Below, piece after piece: positions 26,503 through 34,937 of a stretch of 64,000 bases of DNA. The notes below the pieces were generated by a model that was given only the letters and a program-made list of their open reading frames with translations, was not told the DNA's origin and searched no databases. Positions within the stretch are counted from its first letter, which is position 1. Every line of letters starts with the position of its first letter. This stretch comes from Planctomycetota bacterium (lineage in GTDB: Bacteria; Planctomycetota; UBA1135; GCA-002686595). Made by a program: the position numbers and the translations under genes. The stretch spans positions 287,121 through 351,120 of the forward strand of contig JADJNY010000006.1 of NCBI GenBank assembly GCA_016714045.1. The letters run 5' to 3'.

Positions 26503-27641
26503 CGTCCGCGCGCGTCCTTCGCTTCCGCGAGCGCCGCGAACTCGCGCGCCAGCGCTCTCGAGAACTCGCGCGCGCCCGCGCCGGACAGGTGGCCGGCGTC
26601 GTAGCGCGACTCGACCGTGAAGAACTGGGGCCAGCGGTCGGGCTGGTTGAAATCGAAGAGGTCGTCGAGCTTCCCCGCGCGCTGCAACGCGCGCCGGTCG
26701 GGCCGCGGGAGGCGATCGGGGAGCACGACGTAGACCATCTCCGCGCCCGCGGCGCGGACGAGCGCCTGCTGGGCCGCGAGCGCGGGCAGGTTCAGCGTCG
26801 CGACGTCCGGGAGGAGTTCGTTGCCAGCGCGCACTTCCTCGACGCGCTGCGCGAAGCCCGCCGGGTTCGCGACGAGCAGGCGATGGCGCTCCGCGTCCTT
26901 CTCGTCGGCGTTGTCCTCGAACGCGACGAAGCCGCGGCCCTGGTCGAGCTCCTCGGGCGAGAGCATGCGCCGACGGTTCGCGGTGAGCTCCTCGCCGAGC
27001 ACCTCGCCGAGGATCGCGCGGCCCTGGCCGAAGCTCGCGACGTTCCACGCGAGGATCTGGACGTGGCGGCGCGCGAGGTCGGCGCGCCACGCGGGCTCGA
27101 AGAGGCCGGCGCCGTCGAGCGCGGGTGCGATCCACGGGTGCTTCTCGCCCCACTGGCGCGCGTCGCTCTCCGCGATCGGCCACACGGCGATGGAGTGCAG
27201 GACATCGCGCGTGCGCTCCGGCGTGTGCCAAAACACCATGCGGCTCGATTCGACGTCGTCGAGCGGCTCGAAGCGCGGGTCCATCGGGCCGCCCTCGTAC
27301 AGCACCCAACGGAGCCGCTTCGGCTCGCGCTCGAGCACGGCGCGCAGGATCAGGTCCATCTCGAACGGCCGCACGCCGCCGACGCCGAGGTTGAACGCGC
27401 GGAGCTCCCGGCCCTGCGTTGCGAGCTCCGCCTCGAAGGCGCGCGGGTCGAACGCGCGGAAGACGCGGCTCGAGCCGACGAACACGACGTCGTGCTCGTC
27501 GGCGTGCTCGTCCCACCACCGCAGCTTCGCGGCGAGGCCGTACTCCTCGGGCCACGGCACGAGGCGCCGGACGAACGCAGCCGTCGCGCCGAAGCCGAGC
27601 CCGGCGACGAGGACGAGCGGGAGCGCGCGCGCGACGCTCAT
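26499..27641 (-). CDS. membrane-anchored DltD/SGNH-like partner of the MBOAT acyltransferase
   Basis: ATG at 27641. Its stop overlaps the MBOAT ATG (ATGA). TM anchor ALPLVLVAGLGFGATAAF. A block I-like VVFVGSSRVF and a C-terminal RYDAGHLSGAGA (D..H) are present. The family assignment is tentative. Confidence 0.55.
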   Translation of the reverse strand: MSVARALPLVLVAGLGFGATAAFVRRLVPWPEEYGLAAKLRWWDEHADEHDVVFVGSSRVFRAFDPRAFEAELATQGRELRAFNLGVGGVRPFEMDLILRAVLEREPKRLRWVLYEGGPMDPRFEPLDDVESSRMVFWHTPERTRDVLHSIAVWPIAESDARQWGEKHPWIAPALDGAGLFEPAWRADLARRHVQILAWNVASFGQGRAILGEVLGEELTANRRRMLSPEELDQGRGFVAFEDNADEKDAERHRLLVANPAGFAQRVEEVRAGNELLPDVATLNLPALAAQQALVRAAGAEMVYVVLPDRLPRPDRRALQRAGKLDDLFDFNQPDRWPQFFTVESRYDAGHLSGAGAREFSRALAREFAALAEAKDARGR

Positions 27642-27746
27642 CGCCGCCCGCCTCCGGACGCGCGACGGGCGCGGCGCGCGCCCGCCTCGATGCTCGACGT
27701 GTTCGCGTTCACGATGCTCGCCGCACTCCGTGCGGGGTGGAGCAGT

Positions 27747-30700
27747 CTACGGAGCGACGAGCCACGTTGCCCGCGCGTGCTCGGCGGGGATGGCGAAGCC
27801 GGCCTTCTCGACGCGCTCGACCGCCGCGCGCAGCAGGGCACGAAACTCGGCGCGGAGCTCCGGCCGCGCCGCCTCGTGCGCGAGCCGCAGCCGTTCGAAC
27901 ACCTGGGAGAAACGCGCCCCCCCGAGCCCGCGCGCCTCGCGCACGCCTTCCATGACGTCCGCCGCGAGCACGCCGACCGCGAGTCCGGTTCCCGAGGGAC
28001 CGACGCGCTTCGCACCGACCAACGCCCCCGCCGCGTTCAGCGTGAGCCAGGCCTCGCGGTAGATGCGCTCGTCGTAGTCGTCGAACTCCCTCGGCAGGGT
28101 CACGTCGAGCTGGTTCCCGAACTCCGGGTCCGCGCGCCGGCGGAGCTCGAAGGTCGCACCGGCGGCGTCGCGCACGCGCAGCGGCTTCCGGCTCTGCGAA
28201 CGGAGTTCGGCCGCGAGGTCTTCCTCGTCCGCGTCGAACCGCGCGTCGGCCCAGATCGCGGCGAGGATCTCCGTCAGGTCGTCATAGCCGAAGAGGTCCG
28301 GCTTCGCGCCCTCGAGCCGCTGCAGGACCGCGACGAGCTCGGGGCCGAGCGGCCCGCACGCGTCGTCGACGGGCCGGCGCTCGGCCGCGCGGCGCGCGGA
28401 GTTCGCGATGCGCGTCTTCGCGAGCTCGTTCCCTGCCTCCGCCGCCTTCGCGAGCCACGCACGGCCGCTCTCGAGGTCGACATCCGTCCCGCGCCCGCGC
28501 AGAAAGGCGTCGGCGCAGAACACCATGAGCTCGGGATCGCCGAGCTCCGCGCCGCGCTCGAAGAGCGGGAACAGGTCCTTCGCCATCGCGTCCTCGGAGT
28601 CGAGCGCGGCGATCGGGCTGCCGTAGCGGTGCGACACGCGGTGCTGGATCGCGAGGCGGACCGACTCGAGATGTCCGGCGTCGATCGCGCGCTGGAGCGC
28701 CGCGCGGTACGCCGTCACCGCGTCGCTCAACTTCGGATCGCGACTCGCCTCCGCCTGGTCCGCGAGCGCGCGGAGCCGGCGCGCGTCGAGTGCGTAGTAG
28801 GTCTGGTCCGCGCGTTCGAGCTCTTCCGGCGTGGCGAGCCCACCGAGGATCCCGCTCGCGAACCGATTCGTGCCCAGTTCGTCGGCGAAGAGGCTCCACG
28901 CGAGCGCGCCAGCGAGGTCGTGCACGCCGGGCTTCGCGACGAGCGTGCGCGCGGCCTGCACGGCGCGCAACGTCGCGAGGCGCGAGCGCTGCGCCGCATC
29001 GCCTGCGGCCGGCACGACGAGGAGCGCGTCGAGCCACAGCTCCTCCGCCGGCTTCGCGCGCGACGGAGCCTGCGTGACGCCCGCGAGCCGCAGGAACCAC
29101 GGCTGGCCCTGCGGGAAGCGCGCGGCGTCGCGCTGCGCGTCCGCCCACAGGACGGCGAGGCTCGGGAGCGGCACGACGTCCGCGTCGTTCTGCGCGAGCA
29201 AGAGCGCCTCGCGCGTCGCCGTGCCGGCCTCGAGGGCGGCGAGCAGCGCGGGGAGCTGCGTCTCGCCGAGCCGGAAGCGGACCTCGACCCCGAGGGAATC
29301 AACGAGGACCTCGCTGAAGTACAGCTCGTGCTGGGGATCGCGCCCGATCGCCTGCGAGACGCGCCGATGGAGCTCGGCCGCGTGACGCAGCGCGCGGGCG
29401 CGGAAGGCGCGCTCCGACTCGAAGACCGCCACCGGGAACACCTCGGCGCCGAAGTCCGCGGCCGCCCACGCCGAGGCGAGGGCGCGCGTCGGGTCCTTGC
29501 GCGTCCCGTGGCCGTTGAGCTCGAGGATCGCGAGCACGGCGAGCGCCCACGTGTTGCCGCGATCGAGCTCCTCCGTCAGCCGCGCGTACGCGCGCGCGAG
29601 GTCGGCGCCCGGCTCCTCGATCCCCGCGGCCTTCAGGTAGAGCGCCGCCGCGTGCACGCGATCGGTCGCGACCTGCTCGCCCTCCGCGTAGCAGCGCGCG
29701 ATGTTGCCGATCGCGACGCGGTTGCCGGCCTCGAGCCCCTTCCACCAGTACGACATCGCGCGTCCGCGGTCGCGCGCGACGTCGGCGCCCGTCCAGTAGC
29801 GGTACGCGACCTGCTCCGCGGCCGTTCCGTGGCCGAGGTCCGCCGCGCGCGTCATCCACTCGAGCGCGCGCGCCGAGTCCTTGTCGATGCCGAGCGCGCC
29901 GCGCGCGTACGCGAGGCCCAGCTGGAACATCGACGGCACGTGGCCCTCCTTCGCGGCCTCGAAGAGCGCGCCGCGCAGCGCGGTCTCGTCGCGCGCCGCG
30001 CCCTGCGCTTCGGCGAGGAGCTCGCACACCATGCCCTTGCCGACGATCGAGCCCTGCTCGGCGATCGCGCGCCACGCCGCGAGCTGCTCTTCGGGCGTGC
30101 TTCCGCTCGCCGGGAGCTTCCACCCGCGCGCGGTGGCGCGTTCGAACCAGCGCGTGCCCTCCGCGTCGTCCTCGCGAACGCCGAGGCCGTTCCAGTAGGC
30201 GTGCGCGAGGTCGTAGCACGCGGCGGCAACGTGGATCTCCGCCAGACGACGCCGCGCGACGAGGTCGAAGAGCGCGGGGCCGTTGGGGCCGGCCGCGGGC
30301 TTCGTCGCGCCGGTCGGAGCGCCCGCGGGCGCGTTCGCCGCCGTCGAGGGCGTCGTCGAGGGCTGCGCGGACGGCGCGGGCTTCGTCGCGGCCGCCGCCG
30401 GCGGCGCGAGGTTCGGTTTCGCGGCGCTCGGCGGCGCGGGAGCGAGCTCGCGCGCCGCGATCGCGGGCCGCGCGCTCCACGCCGACGCCGGCGTGCGCCA
30501 GCGCAGCGTGAACTCGGGCGCGAGCGCGAGGAGCTCGTCGCCGAGCGCCGCGACGAGTCGATACCGCACGCTCCCGGCGCCGGGCAGCTCACGCCACGTC
30601 GCAAGGTCCTCGCTGACGAACGCGCGACCGTCCTTCGAACGCGCGACGACCTGCGCACCGAGCGCGGCGGCGTCGACGAGGTCGGGCGCTCCGTCGAGCG

Positions 30701-32417
30701 CGCGCACGCTCCACGCGCGGCCGTCCGACGAGCTCGCGACGTGCCCCGCGTCGCCCACCGCGACGAGCGCCTGCGTCGTGCGCACGATCGCGTTCAACGG
30801 AGCGCGCGCGGCGGCGAGCTCGATCGGCTCGAGGGCTCCGTCGCTCGCACGGCGCAGGAGGAGCGCCGCGTGACGTTCCGCTCCGCGCGCGCCGACGACA
30901 TACCACGCGCCGTCGTGGAAGAGCGCGCCGCGCAGCTCGCTCGGCTTCATCGCCTGCGTGAACGCGAACGACGTGAAGTCCGCGGTGACGGCGAAGCCCT
31001 CCTCGTCGTTCACGAGGAGCCACGCTCCCCCGCCGTGGAACACGCGCCGCAGGCGCACGCCGCCGAGCTGGGAGAACAGGCCGTCGTTGACGGCACCCTT
31101 CCGCGGCTCGCGCAGCAGCCCCTTCTCGCCGACGAGCACGACGAGCTCGTCCGACGCGGCGACGTCCGAGAACGGCCCCCACTCGGCCGGCGGACGCGCG
31201 ACCGCGACGTCGTAGCCGAGCCCGGGACGCCACGGGTGCGTCTCGCCGCTCGCGTGGAGCTCGAGCACGTCGCGCTCCGTCGCGCGGCGCACGGGCTCGC
31301 CATACGGCTGCAACGGCTGCTCCAAGTCGAGCCGCGCGCCGTCGGGCAGCGACCAACCTGCCGGTTGGAGCTCGACGGGCGTGCCGGGGATCCTCCGCAC
31401 GCTCGCCGGCGTGTCGACGTCCGTGCGCGTGTGCACGAGCGCGCCACCGGCGCCCGCGGCGACGACCCACGGCCCCGCGCGCACCGCCGTGCGCAGCGCT
31501 TTGCCGCCCGGCGCGTGCCACACGAGGAGCTCGCCGGCATCGGGGAGCAGGAGCTCGCCCGCCTCCGTCGTGATCACGCCGTCGTCGAGGCTCGTGAAGA
31601 CGACGGCCCCGTCGAGCGAGTACTGGAACGCGGAGCGCCCCGTGCCCTTCCAGACGAGGCGCGCGCCGCTCGCGGGGTCGAGCTCGAGGAGCAGCGTGTC
31701 CTGCAGAAGCGTCGCGCGCCGCACGTGCTCCGCACGGTACGGCAACCAACGGTCGGTGAGCGCGCCGGGCTCGCCCTCGAACGTGTGCAGGAAGCCGTCT
31801 GCTCCGGTCGCGAGCAGGACGAGCATGCCGTTCACGTCGACGAGCGCGTCGAGCACGCGCGTGCCTGCCGCGAGCTCGACGGCCTTCCACCCCTGGAAGT
31901 CACGCGTGTGCACACGGCCGTCCTCGGCGAGCGCGACGAAGTTCCCGCCGCCGCCGCGCAGCGCGCGCGCGACGAAGCGCGCGTTGTCGACGGGAGCGAA
32001 GCGATCCCCTTCCTCGGCGTGCTCGTGGAGCCCTTCCTTCGTCGCCGCGACGACGAGGCCGCCGGTCGCCGCGACGAGGTGCGCGGACGTGTCGATCCCA
32101 GCGAGGCGCGTCCACTCGCGCGCGTCTTTCGACGCGTACACGCCGCGGCTCGTCGCCGCGTAGAGCACGTAGTCCGAGACCGCGAAGCGCTCGATCGTCG
32201 CGCCGTCGCACGCGGTGCGCTCCTCCGTCGCATCGATTGCGAGCGTGGCGAGCAGGCCGCCGAGCTGGGTCGGGATCCACGCGGGCTCGTCCTCCATCGT
32301 CCCGGACTCGTCGGGCTCCTGCGCGCGGACGGCAACGAGCAGCGTGGACATGAGCACGGCGACGAGCGCCGCGCGCGCGAGGGATCCGAGACACCGAAAG
32401 CGGGGCGAGAGGAACAT
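27747..32417 (-). CDS. 1556-aa secreted protein: BNR/Ycf48-like propeller region plus Sel1-like repeats plus a helical C-terminal region
   Basis: ATG at 32417 gives the signal peptide MFLSPRFRCLGSLARAALVAVLMSTLLVAVRAQ. Asp-box-like SSSDGRAWSV, SKDGRAFVS and SKDAREWT are present. Sel1 repeats include AHAYWNGLGVREDDAEGTRWFERAT, LAYARGALGIDKDSARALEWMTRAADLGH and VAYRYWTGADVARDRGRAMSYWWKGLEAGN. Confidence 0.75.
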   Translation of the reverse strand: MFLSPRFRCLGSLARAALVAVLMSTLLVAVRAQEPDESGTMEDEPAWIPTQLGGLLATLAIDATEERTACDGATIERFAVSDYVLYAATSRGVYASKDAREWTRLAGIDTSAHLVAATGGLVVAATKEGLHEHAEEGDRFAPVDNARFVARALRGGGGNFVALAEDGRVHTRDFQGWKAVELAAGTRVLDALVDVNGMLVLLATGADGFLHTFEGEPGALTDRWLPYRAEHVRRATLLQDTLLLELDPASGARLVWKGTGRSAFQYSLDGAVVFTSLDDGVITTEAGELLLPDAGELLVWHAPGGKALRTAVRAGPWVVAAGAGGALVHTRTDVDTPASVRRIPGTPVELQPAGWSLPDGARLDLEQPLQPYGEPVRRATERDVLELHASGETHPWRPGLGYDVAVARPPAEWGPFSDVAASDELVVLVGEKGLLREPRKGAVNDGLFSQLGGVRLRRVFHGGGAWLLVNDEEGFAVTADFTSFAFTQAMKPSELRGALFHDGAWYVVGARGAERHAALLLRRASDGALEPIELAAARAPLNAIVRTTQALVAVGDAGHVASSSDGRAWSVRALDGAPDLVDAAALGAQVVARSKDGRAFVSEDLATWRELPGAGSVRYRLVAALGDELLALAPEFTLRWRTPASAWSARPAIAARELAPAPPSAAKPNLAPPAAAATKPAPSAQPSTTPSTAANAPAGAPTGATKPAAGPNGPALFDLVARRRLAEIHVAAACYDLAHAYWNGLGVREDDAEGTRWFERATARGWKLPASGSTPEEQLAAWRAIAEQGSIVGKGMVCELLAEAQGAARDETALRGALFEAAKEGHVPSMFQLGLAYARGALGIDKDSARALEWMTRAADLGHGTAAEQVAYRYWTGADVARDRGRAMSYWWKGLEAGNRVAIGNIARCYAEGEQVATDRVHAAALYLKAAGIEEPGADLARAYARLTEELDRGNTWALAVLAILELNGHGTRKDPTRALASAWAAADFGAEVFPVAVFESERAFRARALRHAAELHRRVSQAIGRDPQHELYFSEVLVDSLGVEVRFRLGETQLPALLAALEAGTATREALLLAQNDADVVPLPSLAVLWADAQRDAARFPQGQPWFLRLAGVTQAPSRAKPAEELWLDALLVVPAAGDAAQRSRLATLRAVQAARTLVAKPGVHDLAGALAWSLFADELGTNRFASGILGGLATPEELERADQTYYALDARRLRALADQAEASRDPKLSDAVTAYRAALQRAIDAGHLESVRLAIQHRVSHRYGSPIAALDSEDAMAKDLFPLFERGAELGDPELMVFCADAFLRGRGTDVDLESGRAWLAKAAEAGNELAKTRIANSARRAAERRPVDDACGPLGPELVAVLQRLEGAKPDLFGYDDLTEILAAIWADARFDADEEDLAAELRSQSRKPLRVRDAAGATFELRRRADPEFGNQLDVTLPREFDDYDERIYREAWLTLNAAGALVGAKRVGPSGTGLAVGVLAADVMEGVREARGLGGARFSQVFERLRLAHEAARPELRAEFRALLRAAVERVEKAGFAIPAEHARATWLVAP

Positions 32418-32623
32418 GCGTGGATCGATGGATCGGACCGCGCGCTGGAATCCCGAAGGCGCCCCTGCCCGAAGGCCGCCCCGCGCCCCAACCGGGAGAC
32501 GCCCGCGTTCGCCCCCCATCACGGCGGGCTCCTTAATAGAGGTGGCGCGACCGAGCCGTCCGGCGCGCGCGGGCATCGGCGCTGTAAAAGCGCCTTGAAC
32601 TCGGCAACTCGCGCTAGCGCATC

Positions 32624-32639
32624 TACTACTCGGGTAGTA
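32624..32639. promoter_or_regulatory. candidate BlaI-family operator dyad TACTAC-N4-GTAGTA, overlapping a -10-like TAATAC
   Basis: A perfect 6-bp inverted repeat sits in the most AT-rich patch of the 311-bp divergent intergenic region between 32417 (-) and 32729 (+). Confidence 0.45.
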
Positions 32640-32728
32640 ATACTGGCCTTCGGAGACGTGGAGCACGCCGCGCGCGCGGTGCGCACGCGGGTCCGGTCCG
32701 GCGCGGGAGCACCCCGCGGAGGTGATCG

Positions 32729-33124
32729 ATGGGAGACAAGCACATCCTGGGCGACCTGCAGCACGCGATCATGCGCGTGCTCTGGGCCGAAGGCGAAGCG
32801 ACGGTGGCGCGCGTGCAGGAGGCGCTCGAAGACGAGCGCGATCGCGCGCTCACGACGATCGCGACGATGCTCGTCAAGATGGAGAAGAAGGGCATCGTCG
32901 CCCATCGCTCCGAGGGCCGGCAGTTCGTCTACCGCCCGCTCGTCAGCGAGACCGAGGTGCAGCGCTCGATGGTCGGCGAGCTCACCGACATGCTCTTCGG
33001 CGGCGACGTGACGGCGCTCGTCAGCCATCTGCTCACCGAGCAGGAGATCGACGACAAGGAGCTCGCGCGCCTCAAGGCCCTGATCGCCGAGCACCGCTCG
33101 AAGGAGCGCCGCCGTGGCCGCTGA
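32729..33124 (+). CDS. blaI: BlaI/MecI/CopY-family winged-helix transcriptional repressor
   Basis: LGDLQHAIMRVLWAEGEATVARVQEAL..ALTTIATMLVKMEKKGIVAHRSEGRQFVYRPLVSE is the classic Penicillinase_R pattern. GGAGGTG lies 5 nt upstream of the ATG. Confidence 0.85.
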   Translation: MGDKHILGDLQHAIMRVLWAEGEATVARVQEALEDERDRALTTIATMLVKMEKKGIVAHRSEGRQFVYRPLVSETEVQRSMVGELTDMLFGGDVTALVSHLLTEQEIDDKELARLKALIAEHRSKERRRGR

Positions 33125-34895
33125 GCACCTCGACACGGCGCTGCTCGCCTGGCTGGGCACGTACTTCGTGCACTCCACGCTGCTGCTCGTGGCGGCGTGG
33201 ATCCTGGCGCGGCTCGTCGCGCGCTCGCGGCGCTTCGTCGACACGGGCCCGGCGATCCGCGAGAGCCTGTGGCGCGTCGCGCTACTCGCCGGCCTCGTGA
33301 CGGCCACGGTCCAGCGCGGCTTCGGCGTCGACGGTCCCGCCGCGCTCTGGACGATCGAAGCGCGCACGGTCGCGGCAACAGTAGCTCCCGCGGGGCTCGA
33401 GCAGCAGGTGGAGTCGAACGTGGCCCCGAGCGACGACGCGATGGCGCTCCGGTCGCTCGCTCCGACGAGCGCAGCGCGCGAAGACGCGCCGCTCGCGCGG
33501 AACATCACGACCGAACGCCCGCGCCGCGGAGCGCCGCTCCCGACGATCGACGCGACCTTCCGCGCGCCCTACGTCCCGATCGTGCTGCCGCGGTCGATCG
33601 CGCTCGTGCCCGTCTCGAACGCGCCGACGTTCGCCGAAGGCGGCGACTGCGCGGTGGAGAGCGCGGGAGCTCCCGGCGAGCTCCGATCGCACACGCTCGC
33701 GAGCACGACCGGCGTCGACGTGTCGCTCGCCGCTCCGGGCGCGAGCTCGCTCCTCGACTCGATCTCGTGGTCGCGCGTTCTCCTGACGCTGTGGCTCGCC
33801 GGCATCGCCGCCTGCGCCGCGTCGTGGCTGCGTGAATGGCGCGGACTGCGTCGGCGGCTCGCGCGTCGCGTGTACCTCGACCGGGGCAGCGTGCACGCCG
33901 CGTTCGCGCGCCTCTGTCAGCAAAGCGGCACGCACGGTGTGCGCCTCTCCTGCGCGCCGGCGCTCTGCGCGCCGATCACGCTGGGCCTCGTGCGGGCGGA
34001 GATCGCGATCCCGCCGCGCGCGACGACGCAGCTCTCGTCAGACGAGCTCGACGCGCTGTTCGCGCACGAGCTCGCCCACGTGCGCCGCGGCGACCCCTTG
34101 TGGCTCGTGATCTACCGCGCGCTCGAGGTCGTCTTCTTCTTCCAGCCGCTCAATCGCATCGCGCGCGTGCGCCTCGTCGACGAGGCCGAGCTCCTGGCCG
34201 ACGATTGGGCCGCGACGCAGCTCGAATCGCGCGTCTCGCTCGCGAGCTGCCTCACGGAGATCGCGGGCTGGCTCGTGCACGAGCGCCACCTCCTCCCCGC
34301 TCCGGCGATGGCGGCGCGCGGAACGCGCCTGTCGATTCGCGTGCGGCGCCTGCTCGACGAAGAACACTGCCCGGAAAACGCGCGACGCCCGCATGGTCTC
34401 CTGCTCCTGGCCGGGTTGGCGGTCACGGGCGTCGCGCTCTTCGGCCCCGGCGTCGCGGCGACGCGCGCGGTGGAGGAAGCACCGTCAGCACCCTCGGCCG
34501 CCGCGCTCGATGCGAGCGCGTCCAGCTCCGCGTCGACGCCGCTCGACGAGCCCGCCGCTGTCGCGATCGACGACGCGTTCGGCACGCCCATCGCTCCGGC
34601 GGACGACGCCGGACTCGAGCACGCGACCACGGAGCTCGCGAGCCCGGACGAGGCGCCGGTCGCCGACGGGCGCGAGCCCAGCGTCGCGCCGCGCGCGCTC
34701 GAACTCGAAGAGCTCACGAGCGAAATCGACGCGCTACGGCGCGCCGCGGCGGAGCGCGCGCTCACGCCCGAAATCGAGCGCGAGCTCGCCGAGCTCCTCA
34801 TGACCTACGACGCGCTCGCGCACGAGGTCGAGGTGCTCGAGGCGTTGCTCGAACGTCTCGCGCCCCCTTCGTCCCCTCTCGATCCGGTGCGTTAG
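33114..34895 (+). CDS. BlaR1-like M56 membrane metalloprotease / signal transducer
   Basis: GTG at 33114 overlaps blaI by 11 nt. N-terminal TM helices are present. The HExxH site is FAHELAHVRRGDPLW, followed by FFFQPLN..ELLADDWA. The C-terminal region is acidic coiled-coil with no recognisable beta-lactam sensor domain. Confidence 0.8.
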   Translation: MAAEHLDTALLAWLGTYFVHSTLLLVAAWILARLVARSRRFVDTGPAIRESLWRVALLAGLVTATVQRGFGVDGPAALWTIEARTVAATVAPAGLEQQVESNVAPSDDAMALRSLAPTSAAREDAPLARNITTERPRRGAPLPTIDATFRAPYVPIVLPRSIALVPVSNAPTFAEGGDCAVESAGAPGELRSHTLASTTGVDVSLAAPGASSLLDSISWSRVLLTLWLAGIAACAASWLREWRGLRRRLARRVYLDRGSVHAAFARLCQQSGTHGVRLSCAPALCAPITLGLVRAEIAIPPRATTQLSSDELDALFAHELAHVRRGDPLWLVIYRALEVVFFFQPLNRIARVRLVDEAELLADDWAATQLESRVSLASCLTEIAGWLVHERHLLPAPAMAARGTRLSIRVRRLLDEEHCPENARRPHGLLLLAGLAVTGVALFGPGVAATRAVEEAPSAPSAAALDASASSSASTPLDEPAAVAIDDAFGTPIAPADDAGLEHATTELASPDEAPVADGREPSVAPRALELEELTSEIDALRRAAAERALTPEIERELAELLMTYDALAHEVEVLEALLERLAPPSSPLDPVR

Positions 34896-34937
34896 TTCAC
34901 GGCAGTTCGTCCACCTCTGGCAGGCAAGGAGTCCCTC

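Noticed and set aside
25096-27555. An 819-aa minus-strand ORF that appears to extend the MBOAT gene far upstream.
   Set aside because: Only the last 468 codons (from ATG 26502) look like MBOAT. The upstream part is Arg-rich and out of frame with the real, ATGA-coupled gene 26499..27641.
26589-33011. A 2140-aa plus-strand ORF. Similar giant ORFs occur at 52940..56155 (-), 4150..6828 (+), 7639..9996 (+) and 49705..52242 (-), among others.
   Set aside because: The translations are Arg/Ala/Gly/Pro/Asp-rich with no motifs. They lie antisense or out of frame to genes with clear domain signatures. Long open frames are expected in all six frames of DNA this GC-rich.
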